Source of the DNA: Candidatus Latescibacterota bacterium
Lineage (GTDB): Bacteria; Latescibacterota; UBA2968; UBA8231
Assembly (NCBI GenBank): GCA_965248265.1
Contig: CBDFJF010000002.1
Span: forward strand, 3,712,001-3,776,000
Reading direction: 5' to 3'
Length of the DNA stretch: 64,000 nucleotides
How positions within the stretch are numbered: position 1 is the stretch's first letter; the number at the start of each line of letters is the position of its first letter. Shown here piece by piece: positions 20,331 through 34,176 of the stretch. A program made the position numbers and the translations under genes. The notes beneath the pieces are model-generated. The model was given only the letters and a program-made list of their open reading frames with translations. It was not told the DNA's origin and searched no databases.

Positions 20331-22304
20331 ATGTCTAACAGCACCACCCCGAGGGAAGAAGTGGTATGGCGGCCATCGCCTGAATACATCGAGCGCAGTC
20401 ATCTGAAGGCGTTCATGGACCGACATGACCTGGGCTCCGTGGATGATCTCATCTCCCGTTCGTCGAGCGATGTAGTCTGGTTTACTACCGCATTGCTCGA
20501 TTACCTCGACATCCAGTTTCATCACCCGTATTCACAGGTCGTCAACCTCGACAACGGCATCCAATTCCCCACCTGGTGCGTGGGTGGTGGACTCAACATC
20601 GTCGCCAATTGCCTGGACAAATGGCTCTTGGACCCCGTAAGCGCGGCGCGTCCCGCACTCATATCTGAACTTGAGGAGGGCACAGTCCAGAGCCTGACTT
20701 ATCTCGAGTTGTCTGTGGAAGTCAATCGCTGTACCAACGCCCTGCGGGCCCTCGGCTTTACCAAGGGAGACGTCGTCGGGCTCTTCCTGCCCATGACCGC
20801 CCACGTTGTCGTTTCCCTGCTCGCACTGGCGCGAATTGGCGCCATCGCCCTGCCCCTGTTTTCCGGTTTCGGGGCCGGGGCCATCGCCTCGAGATTGAAT
20901 GATGCAGGTGCCGTCGGACTGGTTACCGCCGATGCCCAACACCGACGGGGATCCGTTGTACCGATGAAGGCAATGGCTGATGAGGCCCTGCACTCAGTCC
21001 CCTCCGTCCACACCGTGATCGTTTGCCGCAGGGTGAGCGATGATGCCCCCATGCAGCCGGGACGTGATCATTGGTGGCACGATGTCGTGCCGGCACAGGA
21101 ACCCACAGCGGCATGCGAGGCGACGTCGGCTGAAGATCAGCTCATGATCATCTATACCTCAGGAACAACGGGAGCCCCCAAGGGGGCCGTGCACACACAC
21201 TGCGGTTTTCCAGTCAAGGCCGCTCAGGATATGGCATTCGGTACAGATGTGCACGCTGGCGATCTCATCCATTGGATGACGGATATGGGGTGGATGATGG
21301 GGCCCTGGCTGGTCTTTGGGTCGCTGCTGCTGGGTGCCACCTGCGTTATCTATGATGGGGCCCCGGTCTACCCCGGGCCGGATCGGCTCTGGCGCCTCAT
21401 CGAGCGCCACGGTATCCACGTTCTGGGACTGTCTCCGACGCTGGTGCGCTCGCTGATCGCGCATGGTGAGGAGCCATTCACCTCGTGCGATCTCTCCTCA
21501 CTGCGCCTGTTCGCCTCCACCGGTGAGCCATGGAACCCTGATCCATGGCGCTGGCTGTTTGAACGCGTGGGGGGAGGAAAACTGCCCATCATCAATTATT
21601 CGGGCGGTACAGAAATCAGCGGAGGCATTGTCATGGGTAACCCGCTCCAACCCCTCAAGCCGACCGCTTTCGCCGGGCCCTGTCCGGGTATTGCGGCCGA
21701 CGTCGTCGACGAGGGTGGAGCTTCCTTACTCGGGGCAGGCCGTGTTGGCGAACTGGTGATCAGGGCTCCCTGGATCGGCATGACGCGCGGGTTTTGGAAG
21801 GATCGAGACCGCTACCTGCGAACCTATTGGTCGCGCTGGGACGGGCTCTGGGTCCATGGAGATTGGGCTGCCGTCGACGAAGATGGAATGTGGTATTTGC
21901 TCGGACGATCGGACGACACCATAAATGTGGCTGGCAAACGCATCGGTCCGACCGAGTTCGAGTCAGCCCTGGTGAGTCACGACTCTGTAGTGGAAGCGGG
22001 CGCGATCGGCGTGCCCGACGAGATCAAGGGAACCAGGGTAGTTTGCTTCTGCGTTCTCTACGAGGGCATAGCAGGCACTGAGATCCTTCTCAGCGAACTG
22101 ATGGAGCTTGTCTCGGCTGAACTCGGCAAACCAATGAAGCCGAGCGCGATTTTTTTCGTTGCGGATCTCCCAAAGACTCGAAACGCCAAGATCATGCGCC
22201 GGATAATCCGAAGTGCGTATCTCGGCGAGCCGCCAGGAGACACATCCAGCCTCGTCAACCTGGAAGCACTGGAGGACATCGCTGCAGCACGCGACGCACG
22301 TTGA
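20331..22304 (+). CDS. Acetate/short-chain acyl-CoA ligase (AMP-forming)
   Basis: YTSGTTGAPKG, GEPWNP, GRSDD, LPKTRNAKIMRR. Confidence 0.9.
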   Translation: MSNSTTPREEVVWRPSPEYIERSHLKAFMDRHDLGSVDDLISRSSSDVVWFTTALLDYLDIQFHHPYSQVVNLDNGIQFPTWCVGGGLNIVANCLDKWLLDPVSAARPALISELEEGTVQSLTYLELSVEVNRCTNALRALGFTKGDVVGLFLPMTAHVVVSLLALARIGAIALPLFSGFGAGAIASRLNDAGAVGLVTADAQHRRGSVVPMKAMADEALHSVPSVHTVIVCRRVSDDAPMQPGRDHWWHDVVPAQEPTAACEATSAEDQLMIIYTSGTTGAPKGAVHTHCGFPVKAAQDMAFGTDVHAGDLIHWMTDMGWMMGPWLVFGSLLLGATCVIYDGAPVYPGPDRLWRLIERHGIHVLGLSPTLVRSLIAHGEEPFTSCDLSSLRLFASTGEPWNPDPWRWLFERVGGGKLPIINYSGGTEISGGIVMGNPLQPLKPTAFAGPCPGIAADVVDEGGASLLGAGRVGELVIRAPWIGMTRGFWKDRDRYLRTYWSRWDGLWVHGDWAAVDEDGMWYLLGRSDDTINVAGKRIGPTEFESALVSHDSVVEAGAIGVPDEIKGTRVVCFCVLYEGIAGTEILLSELMELVSAELGKPMKPSAIFFVADLPKTRNAKIMRRIIRSAYLGEPPGDTSSLVNLEALEDIAAARDAR

Positions 22305-22340
22305 ACCAAGTGCGACTATCCACCGTGCCTTTGGCCGCAG

Positions 22341-23306
22341 TCAGCCGACGTCAGCGGCGGTAATGGTTGTCAGCTGCTTTACCGTCGGCATCTCGCTGCG
22401 TTCCCACACACGCTGCACGACCCCGTCGCGGACAAAGGCCATCCGCGGCCACCCGTGACGCCAGGTCAGTCTCTTCCAGTCTGAGCTCGAAATCGTCGCA
22501 ATCTCGAACCGCGGACGCATCGAATCCCGAAACGACTTCAGGGCTTCTGATTCCTGACCAAAACTGTTCAATCCCAACACCGCGGGCAGTTCGGGTGCGT
22601 CGGCCCACTCGTTGAGTCTGGGGACGGCTCTCTTGCAGTGCGAACACCGGGGGCTGAAAAGAACGATCAGGTAGTCCCCCTCACCCAGGTCCAGCTCGGA
22701 TCCGGTCAGACCCACTCCAGTAAGCCGCACACCACCGGCCAGGTCCGAGTTCTCAACCCTGTCGACCTCCGGATAGAAACGCACGCCTGTGAGGAGAAGC
22801 GCGGCAACGGCGATAACTCCCACCCATCGTGTCATGCCCGGCAACGCCCGAGCTATCCCCCACTTCCAGGCGAATAGCAGCGCCCCCATCATGACGACAT
22901 CCTCCACAAGCGCTTCTCCTGGAGTGCGATCGACCAGAGCACCAAAGCAACCACAGTTCATGTCCGCTTCCTGGTACCAGGCATACCCGGTCAGTCCGAT
23001 GAACAAGAGCATGAGACCAAGGCCAGTCGGCAGCGCCAGATCCGGGCGCCAATTGAGAATCAGCGCCACGCCGACCACGCACTCGATCGGCCCCAGCACC
23101 AGGGTCGGCCTGGCGAAGCTGGCCCAATTCTCGAAACTGACACCTAACAGCTCCCAGTAGGACACGGCTTCCCAATAGAAGAGTACAGGATCCCAGGATT
23201 TGGCTGCTCCAGCAATCAGGAAGACCAGACCCATCACGACACGGACATAGGGGCCAATTCGGCTCATGTTGATTTTTGCAGCTTCATTCATCTCACTCTC
23301 ACTCAC
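22341..23306 (-). CDS. MauE/DoxX membrane protein fused to thioredoxin-like CxxC domain
   Basis: TM region with CGCFG, then CSHC and a GWP cis-Pro-like loop. Confidence 0.75.
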   Translation of the reverse strand: MSESEMNEAAKINMSRIGPYVRVVMGLVFLIAGAAKSWDPVLFYWEAVSYWELLGVSFENWASFARPTLVLGPIECVVGVALILNWRPDLALPTGLGLMLLFIGLTGYAWYQEADMNCGCFGALVDRTPGEALVEDVVMMGALLFAWKWGIARALPGMTRWVGVIAVAALLLTGVRFYPEVDRVENSDLAGGVRLTGVGLTGSELDLGEGDYLIVLFSPRCSHCKRAVPRLNEWADAPELPAVLGLNSFGQESEALKSFRDSMRPRFEIATISSSDWKRLTWRHGWPRMAFVRDGVVQRVWERSEMPTVKQLTTITAADVG

Positions 23307-23310
23307 TCGC

Positions 23311-26746
<3,436 letters not shown>

Positions 26747-27936
26747 TCAGTGCTCGTCCCTCGTCGACCCTATGGCGGTCGCGTTGCGTTCGATCTCGGC
26801 ATATTGCTTGTTGACATACACCATGAAAAACCCCAGGAGCACGAACACGATGGCGGATTGACTCAACTGCAAAGCCGCGTTGAACCCGGTGGATTCTTCG
26901 AGAGCGAGAGCCGACAGGCCGAGCCAGACCGTCACCACGTAAATGACGAGGACGGCGCCGCGGCGACCGATACGCAGATCTTCGAGACGGTGATGGATGT
27001 GGTCGCGGCCGGTGAACTCCAACCAGGAACGCACGCTGCGAACCTGACCGCTCTTGACGCGCATCCAGGTCGTGAACGTCATGTCGAAGATCGGCACGCC
27101 CAGAATGAGTACGGGAACCGCCAGGCGCACGGCATGGTCGCTTGCCCATTCACCCATCACCGCGATTCCGGCCACCATGAAACCGAGGAAGGTGCTGCCC
27201 CCGTCGCCGAGAAAGATGGATGCTGAACGCCTCAAAGGAAAATTGAAGACCAGAAAACCCAGGCAGGCCCCGACCAGCGGCAGCGCCAGAAACCCCATGT
27301 CGGCCTGTTGATTGAACAGGGCGACGAGTCCGAAAAACACAAGGTTGATGCAACACGACCCAGCGGCGAGCCCATCCATCCCATCGAGGAAGTTAATCGC
27401 ATTGGTAATGCCGATGACCCACACCGCCGTCAACACCCATTCCCCGACCATGCCCCATGGCCCCTCTGGGAGAAAACTGATCACGACGCCGTAGTGAATC
27501 AAAATAACCACCGCCATGATCTGCGAGAGCAGCTTGATTGGAGCCCGCAGATCAAACACATCGTCGATTACGCCGACGATGAGCATGAGGGTTCCACCAA
27601 GAGCCACACCTTTCAAGGGGTCGGTGAATTCAAAATTACGCAGCACGGTAACGGCAAACGCGATGTGATGGCAACGCCACCCAGCAACGCCGTCGCCTTT
27701 CCGTGAGCCTTGCGTCCCCGGGGCACGTCCAGAATATCCAGGCGATGCGCCGCCCAATGGGCGATCGGCGTAACGACATAACCGATTCCAACCGACAACA
27801 GCAGCAGGTATGCCCAGCGCAAGCCCGAGGCATTCAACAGGACCCTGGCCTCGTTGCTGAGCATGAACAGGACGAACAGAAACACGACAGCCCGGTCGAC
27901 GTTCAGGATGGGAGGTCCAGTCCTATCAGGCGTCAT
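26747..27936 (-). pseudogene. WecA/TagO-like undecaprenyl-P GlcNAc-1-P transferase split by a 1-bp frameshift near 27666
   Basis: 5' ORF 27613-27936 ends ...RKAHGKATALLGGVAI. 3' ORF carries IAFAV...GVIDD...NAINFLDGMDGLA...FLGDGG...DHIHHRL. Real pseudogene or sequence error. Confidence 0.85.
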
Positions 27937-29015
27937 GAGGCCGCTCCCCGACTCAGCATGACGGCTTGTTGAACCCCCTCGATGACCCGTTTCGCTGCGC
28001 CGTCGTCAAGCGTCGGGTAAAGGGGCAACGATACATCCGCCTCATAGGCTCTGGTGGTCTCGGGAAACGCGGCATCATTCAGGCCGAGCTCTCGGTGCAA
28101 AGGAGAGTTCACAGGAGGTCGAGCCTGGATACCTCGGTCCTCGAGCGCTGCGATGAGTTCTGATCCCGTTTTCTCTCCAGCATCAATGACATAGCGGTAG
28201 TAGATGTGACCGGTTTCCGTCGGCGGAGTCTGTACTGAGGCATCCAGTGCGCGAGAATAACGACTCGCCAGATTTCGGCGACGCTGGATGAAATCTGGGA
28301 GCTGCCGCAACTGGACACGGCCGATCGTCGCGGCCAACTCTGTCATTTTACAGTTGTATCGCACGCCATTGGCGGGCAATCCATCATATTCGCGCATACC
28401 TCGCAGCCGCGCCGCCATACCATCATCGTCCGTGAGAACCATACCTCCTTCTCCTCCCGAAGAGATCACCTTCGTGGCGTAGAACGAACAGACAGCAAGC
28501 TCGCCGAGGGCTCCCGCCGATATGCTACCACAATGACTCCCCAACGACATTGCACAATCCTCGATGATCGGCAATCCCAGGGCAGCGAACGCCTTCACAT
28601 CCTGTGTGAGGCCAAACATATGCGGTATGACGATGGCCCTCGAGTTTGGTGTCAGACAACGTTTGACGCGAGAGGGTTCGATGTTGCGGGTACGAGAATC
28701 GATGTCGCAGACCACCGGTATGGCGCCAGCCGCTCTTGCCGCATGCAACAACGCCCCGCACACATAGCTGGGGACGATGACCTCATCGCCAGGGCCGGCT
28801 CCAAGAGCAAGTATTGCCAACTGCAAGGCGCAGGTACCCGATGAGACGGCAATGCCGTGACGTTTGCCGACCACCGCTGCCACCTCCACCTCGAATGCCG
28901 CTACCTCGTCTCCTTGAGCCAGCTGCCCGGACATCAGCACGCGGGTGGCTGCTTCGACTTCAAGCTCGCCGAAGCTCGGCTTGGAGTGGGGTATGGGTCC
29001 CCCCCCACCCTTCAT
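27933..29015 (-). CDS. DegT/DnrJ/EryC1/StrS sugar aminotransferase
   Basis: SSGT, IEDCA, SFYATK (PLP Lys), GEGG, SLPLYP. Confidence 0.92.
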   Translation of the reverse strand: MKGGGGPIPHSKPSFGELEVEAATRVLMSGQLAQGDEVAAFEVEVAAVVGKRHGIAVSSGTCALQLAILALGAGPGDEVIVPSYVCGALLHAARAAGAIPVVCDIDSRTRNIEPSRVKRCLTPNSRAIVIPHMFGLTQDVKAFAALGLPIIEDCAMSLGSHCGSISAGALGELAVCSFYATKVISSGGEGGMVLTDDDGMAARLRGMREYDGLPANGVRYNCKMTELAATIGRVQLRQLPDFIQRRRNLASRYSRALDASVQTPPTETGHIYYRYVIDAGEKTGSELIAALEDRGIQARPPVNSPLHRELGLNDAAFPETTRAYEADVSLPLYPTLDDGAAKRVIEGVQQAVMLSRGAAS

Positions 29016-30154
29016 CGATAGAACCCGTGTACCTGCTCGACTACGTGATCGATCTGGTCGACCTCGAGTTCGGGATACATCGGCAATGAAAGGATCTCAT
29101 CGCAGATCGCCTCGCACCGTGGGAAACTCCCCGGTCCATGGCCCAGGAATCGATAGGCTGGTGTTAGATGAAGGGCATTCGGGTAATGGACCGCCGTCTG
29201 GATCCCCGCCTGCGACAATGCAGCCGCAAGCTCATCGCGTCTGGGCGCCCTGATCACATAGAGGTGGTAGACATGGTGGGCGTAGTCCGCCTCGACAGGC
29301 AAGATCAGCATGTCGAGATCAACCAACCCCTCCCTGTACTGGGCGGCGGCGGCCCTTCGCCCATTATTCCAGTCATCCAGGTGCCGGAGCTTGACCTCGA
29401 GAATGGCTCCTTGTAATCCGTCCATCCTGTGGTTGTAACCCAGTTCGTCGTAGACGAATTTTGCCCCAGGTGTCATGCCGTGATTGCGCAGTCTCCGGAG
29501 TCGTGCATTCAGCCCGTCGTCGTTGCTCGTTATGCCTCCCGCATCACCGTAGGCCCCCAGATTCTTGCCTGGGTAGAAGCTGAAACAACCCAGGTTTCCC
29601 ATCGAACCGGCCCGCCTGCCATTGTAGCTGGCACCCTGGGCCTGCGCGGCATCCTCGACGACGGCAAACCCATGCTTTGCTGAGAGGGCGAGTATCGGAT
29701 CCATGTCAGCAGTCTGCCCGTACATGTGAACGGGGATGACTGCCCGCGTCCGCGCGGTCACACAATCACCTACGTGCTCCACATCCAGGGTGTAATGCTC
29801 TTCATCGATATCGACGAACACGGGACGGGCTCCAACCTCGCAGATGGCCTCTATCGTGGCCCCAAAGGTGTGTGGAGTGGTTATCACCTCATCCCCTGCC
29901 CCGATATCGAGCGCCTTCAGCGCCAGGGATAGGGCATCTGTACCATTGCTAACTCCGATGCAATGCGAAACGCCGCAGTACTGTGCGAAGCTGGCCTCGA
30001 AGGCGGCAACGGATGGACCGAGGATGAACGCACACGAATCGATGACGCCGCTGATGGCGCTGTCGATCTCCTGTTTGATCATACCATACTGCACCTTCAA
30101 ATCCGTGATCGGCACTTCCAACGACCGAGGCTTTTCTACCATGGTCTCGTTCAT
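29012..30154 (-). CDS. DegT/DnrJ/EryC1/StrS sugar aminotransferase
   Basis: SNGTDAL, PVHMYG, EDAAQA, SFYPGKNLGAYGDAG, HVYHLY. Confidence 0.94.
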   Translation of the reverse strand: MNETMVEKPRSLEVPITDLKVQYGMIKQEIDSAISGVIDSCAFILGPSVAAFEASFAQYCGVSHCIGVSNGTDALSLALKALDIGAGDEVITTPHTFGATIEAICEVGARPVFVDIDEEHYTLDVEHVGDCVTARTRAVIPVHMYGQTADMDPILALSAKHGFAVVEDAAQAQGASYNGRRAGSMGNLGCFSFYPGKNLGAYGDAGGITSNDDGLNARLRRLRNHGMTPGAKFVYDELGYNHRMDGLQGAILEVKLRHLDDWNNGRRAAAAQYREGLVDLDMLILPVEADYAHHVYHLYVIRAPRRDELAAALSQAGIQTAVHYPNALHLTPAYRFLGHGPGSFPRCEAICDEILSLPMYPELEVDQIDHVVEQVHGFYR

Positions 30155-30795
30155 ACGTCCTCTCCCTCCTCATCCAGAAACATCATAAAATGGCGCATGG
30201 CGACGAAGCCCTCAGCATAGGTAACTCTGCCCTGAATGCCGCGAAAATTCGCCGCGGATTGGGCTATGTCCACGATCGTCATGCTCTCGATATTCGTCTT
30301 GCTGACCTGCGATGAATGCGCCTGCAGAGCGGCCAGCTTCTGATGTATGACGGGGCCGATGTTGGCGAAAACAGTCGGGTTGAAATCGCGAGATGAGAGG
30401 CCCTCGAAAAATAGCAGGTTGGCCACAGAGCGCGCGGCGACAACCACGGCGCGGGCAATCTCCCGATGATCCTGATGGGTGTCTTCACCGTAGTGGGTGT
30501 AGACTGAATCCGCCTTCGTCTGTATTACGATCTCCTCGATCTTCATGATCGACTCACGGTTGCATTCGAATCGGGTGTCTGAGTACCCGAGAAAGAACAC
30601 GTCCTCCGCTCCGATTATCTTGGCCGCTGCCAGCTGCTCCTCTCTCCTGAGAGAGCCGTCGCCGCCTTCACTCCCGTCGGTGACCACGGCGAGAAACACC
30701 TGATCCCCTCGCTGAACGTGCTTGATCAGTGTTCCGGCACAACCGTACTCCAGATCGTCCGGATGAGCTCCGATCGCCAGAATCCTCACTGCCAT
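30151..30795 (-). CDS. PIG-L family N-deacetylase
   Basis: GAHPDDLE, HQDH. Confidence 0.9.
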   Translation of the reverse strand: MAVRILAIGAHPDDLEYGCAGTLIKHVQRGDQVFLAVVTDGSEGGDGSLRREEQLAAAKIIGAEDVFFLGYSDTRFECNRESIMKIEEIVIQTKADSVYTHYGEDTHQDHREIARAVVVAARSVANLLFFEGLSSRDFNPTVFANIGPVIHQKLAALQAHSSQVSKTNIESMTIVDIAQSAANFRGIQGRVTYAEGFVAMRHFMMFLDEEGEDV

Positions 30796-30823
30796 GTCTC
30801 CCTGAGTTTCCCCGTGTATCGCT

Positions 30824-31522
30824 TCATGACGGTACGTCTCGGCGGCCCTGTCGCAGAATCTCGAGACTGCGGGGGCCGCAGTTCAGGGCAAGGTCAAGGG
30901 CCGAGAGGTGCGACTCGAATGTGCCGAATAGTTGGTCGTACGAAGGGTGCTCGTATTCCTGAAAAATAACTTTGATACGCGCGCGAGCAAAACGCTCAAC
31001 ATCCATGTAGTTACGACCATCCGCGCCCGCCAGATAGACGTCAGCCCCGACCGCGCGACACAGATCGATCAGACGCTGGGTGGGCTCATCCTCAGCATCC
31101 AACTCGGAGGCCCAACGCATCGGAGTCGCGATGCCGAATGCCCCGCGCAGCCACTCGATGGAAGCGCGATTGACATCAGAGAGGCGCTCCCATTCGCCGT
31201 CATACAGCGCTCGCACGTTGCCTTCGTGCTCTTTCCAGAATGCCGCCTTCGCATAGTTCGTGATCAATGCCTGCCAGTGCTTGTTGCGCCAGTTGGCGCT
31301 GTCGGTGACGCGAACCTCTTCAATGCGGGCAGGAAATTGGTAGGTCACCGGGACCGTCAGCCACTGAGCTCCCTGCGCAGTCTTTATGCGATTGCGGTTC
31401 TGCCACTCGTTTTTCTTGTACTGAACGGTATCCAGCAGAATGAAGCAATCAGCAGAGTCCATCTTGTCGAGATAGCCCAGCCAGGGCATGAACTGAGGCT
31501 GATGAATGGCGACCGTCGTCAT
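30824..31522 (-). CDS. WbqC-family protein (putative aminoacyl transferase for sugar)
   Basis: IHQPQFMPWLGY, NRNRI, WLTVPV, LSALDL. Confidence 0.9.
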   Translation of the reverse strand: MTTVAIHQPQFMPWLGYLDKMDSADCFILLDTVQYKKNEWQNRNRIKTAQGAQWLTVPVTYQFPARIEEVRVTDSANWRNKHWQALITNYAKAAFWKEHEGNVRALYDGEWERLSDVNRASIEWLRGAFGIATPMRWASELDAEDEPTQRLIDLCRAVGADVYLAGADGRNYMDVERFARARIKVIFQEYEHPSYDQLFGTFESHLSALDLALNCGPRSLEILRQGRRDVPS

Positions 31523-32997
31523 CAACCGCTGACAAAGATGGGATTGGCGGTCAGCCGCGATCCGCGACTGGCCGCCATCAGGCGGTAGTAAAGACGCTCG
31601 CCAGCGTCGACCTGCGCGTCCACGTGCTCGAACTCCAATGGTGTAATCCCTTCCACCTGCGCAACCACCTGCGTGTGCCCATCACCGTCCCCTCGAATCA
31701 AGCGCACGTGGACCCGATCCTCGCCACCATCGAAGCGCCCGATCTCCACCGCAATCCTGGCCACACCAGCAGACAACAAACGCTCTCCCATGACCGCCGT
31801 GCCCGTGTTCGTCACCGCCTCGAACCGGAGTAACTGCAGGGCCTCATCACCGCCACGAACAGCATACATCCTGCCCTCCCGCATGGCGTCGAGGACCGCC
31901 GACCGAGTGCGCTCGCGAACCAGGAAAACCGTCAGGATGTCGTGGATGTACCCGCCTGGTTCCTGGACGTGGTAATCGATGTCACCGGTTCCCCAGATCG
32001 GCCGTTGCCGTTGGCCGCTCAGGTATTGGCTCAGCGCCTGGTCCCACTCCCGACCCGGATCGGTAGCTGTGATCTGATCCGCGTACAGCGCAGCAAATCC
32101 AGTATATCCCGATGTCTCAACAAGATCTTCCGCGTGGGACGAAGTTTCGCTGGCCACGCTGATCAACCCACCGAAAAATGAGCGTGGCTCAATCGTCGAC
32201 CTCGCCTCGGGATGAGGCCAGAACACCATACCACCCCGCTGTTCGACATGATCGATGTAATTCTGATAGGGCGCGCTGCCCAGGTCCCCGCTATAGGCAT
32301 CCATCACCGCAACCTTTAGCGGCTGGCCGCTGAAGACATCGGCCAGGCACAGTAATGATACGGCCCCGATACCGACACGGAGCCGCCGTCCGCTACCCAA
32401 CACCAAGGCATAGGCCAACCCGGCCAGTGGCCACAGCGACAGCCACCCCTGCCACTGGTCGATCCATGCGGCGTCACTGCCGAGTACGGGCAACGAGGCG
32501 TATTCTTCGGCACTCTGCAAACCGATAGCGATCAAGTGCTTGTTCCAGTTCACGAAACGCCACGAGAGCGAGGCCAGTTCAATATCCCAAAAGTAGAATG
32601 GAGCAGACTCGACCCCATCAATGAGGATCAAGGACTCGTGCTCGGCGTTCAGACGATCGATCTCTGTCAGGTATGCATCGATTGTCTCGTCCGTCAGTAG
32701 GGCTTTTCTGGTCTCGGAATAACCAATCAAGTTTCGAAGAAAAGGCAACCCATAGCTGACTTGCAGCACGTCATCATCCGTGAGTACCAGTACTTCGACA
32801 CCGTGGTCGAGCGCGCGTCGAGCAATCGTGTCCAGGCTTTCCTCGCCCGTACTGAACTCCGAGTGGATGTGCATGGCACCGCGCAGCTGAATGAAGCCGT
32901 CATCGTGGGACCCGGCCTCCCCCCCTTTTGCCGTCGATACCGTCACCAGGAAAACGGCGGCACAAGCAACCGTCACGCTGTGCGTCGTCACAGACAT
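31522..32997 (-). CDS. Exported, membrane-anchored PHP-like metallohydrolase
   Basis: Signal-like N-terminus, MHIHSEFS, LTDDD, GVE, KHL, internal TM pair, WPHP, DIDYH. Confidence 0.65.
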   Translation of the reverse strand: MSVTTHSVTVACAAVFLVTVSTAKGGEAGSHDDGFIQLRGAMHIHSEFSTGEESLDTIARRALDHGVEVLVLTDDDVLQVSYGLPFLRNLIGYSETRKALLTDETIDAYLTEIDRLNAEHESLILIDGVESAPFYFWDIELASLSWRFVNWNKHLIAIGLQSAEEYASLPVLGSDAAWIDQWQGWLSLWPLAGLAYALVLGSGRRLRVGIGAVSLLCLADVFSGQPLKVAVMDAYSGDLGSAPYQNYIDHVEQRGGMVFWPHPEARSTIEPRSFFGGLISVASETSSHAEDLVETSGYTGFAALYADQITATDPGREWDQALSQYLSGQRQRPIWGTGDIDYHVQEPGGYIHDILTVFLVRERTRSAVLDAMREGRMYAVRGGDEALQLLRFEAVTNTGTAVMGERLLSAGVARIAVEIGRFDGGEDRVHVRLIRGDGDGHTQVVAQVEGITPLEFEHVDAQVDAGERLYYRLMAASRGSRLTANPIFVSG

Positions 32998-33006
32998 CCT
33001 ACACCG

Positions 33007-34176
33007 TCAGGCAGCATTGTCGACCAGCTCATCGTAAAGCAGCTCTATCTGCTCTACCATACTGTCGGCACTGTAGGCTTGCGCCCGCTTGTTTGCGGTT
33101 GCTGCGAACCGGGATCTCTCTGCGTCGTGATTCAACATACGCAGAACACCATCCGCCAGCTCTTGAGGCGCAGCCGGGGGCACCAGCAACCCCTCCTGCT
33201 CATTGCGGATCAGCTCCGGAATACCTCCCACGTTCGTGGCCACACAGGGCACCCCCGCGTACATCGCCTCCACCAGCGCCTTGCCCATGCCTTCGTTGAT
33301 AGACGGAAAGACGAAGACGTCCATGCCACCCAGAACCTCGGCTATGTCATCTCGCCACCCGGCGAAGACTGTATAGTTCTCAACCCTCAACTCCCGGGCC
33401 AGAGTTTCGAGTGCAATACGCTCCTCGCCATCGCCGACGAGCAACAGCCAGGCGTTGCCGAACCGGGTTCGTACCATGGCAAAGGACTCAAGTAGAACCC
33501 GGTGGCCCTTGATCGCCGTGAGTCGACCCAGGGAACCGATCACGATGCCATCAGGATCGATTCCAAGGTCGCCACGGATGGCGGTGCGGTCGCGCTTTGT
33601 GGCCCCGTTCTCGAAGGCAGAGAAATCGATTCCGCTGTGGATGACGCAAAAACGCTCGCGTGGCGCGATCCCAAAGCGAAGATGGTCCTCGAGGTCCGCC
33701 TGTGTCAGTGCGATGACGCGGTCTGTAAAGCCAGCCACCCAGCGTTCAAGCCAGACGAACAGCTGCGTTATCACGGCGCCGTAATAGCCGTAGAACACAT
33801 GTCCGTGCGGCGTGTGGAGGATGCGCGGGACCCCCTCAAACCTCGCTGCCAGGCGACCCAGTATACCCGCCTTGGAGGTGTGTGTGTGAACGATGTCGTA
33901 GGTGTTGCTTTGCATGATTCGGCGTAGAGAGCGCAAGGCTCGCCAATCCGCCAGCGGGGCAACGGCACGTACCAGTTCGGGGATCTCGAAGAGAGCGACT
34001 CCAGACGCACGCGCCTCATCGAGGGTGGGTCCCGGATCACCCGCCGTCATCCCCACAGCCAGGTGGACTTCGAAGCGGCTCTTGTCGAGCCGAGCCACGG
34101 TCAACAGCGTGTTTTCTGCCGAGCCACCAGGATCCAGCCGAGTGATTACGTGCAAGACCCGAACGGGCACATTCAT
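33007..34176 (-). CDS. GT4 family glycosyltransferase
   Basis: GGSAE, HTHTSKAG, GRL..IKG, EGMGKALVEAM. Confidence 0.92.
   Translation of the reverse strand: MNVPVRVLHVITRLDPGGSAENTLLTVARLDKSRFEVHLAVGMTAGDPGPTLDEARASGVALFEIPELVRAVAPLADWRALRSLRRIMQSNTYDIVHTHTSKAGILGRLAARFEGVPRILHTPHGHVFYGYYGAVITQLFVWLERWVAGFTDRVIALTQADLEDHLRFGIAPRERFCVIHSGIDFSAFENGATKRDRTAIRGDLGIDPDGIVIGSLGRLTAIKGHRVLLESFAMVRTRFGNAWLLLVGDGEERIALETLARELRVENYTVFAGWRDDIAEVLGGMDVFVFPSINEGMGKALVEAMYAGVPCVATNVGGIPELIRNEQEGLLVPPAAPQELADGVLRMLNHDAERSRFAATANKRAQAYSADSMVEQIELLYDELVDNAA

Noticed and set aside
26747-27936. The gene as the missing mraY
   Set aside because: Motifs (RKAH, DHIHHRL) and context fit WecA/TagO; it lacks the MraY-type APIHHHFE motif and is frameshifted.
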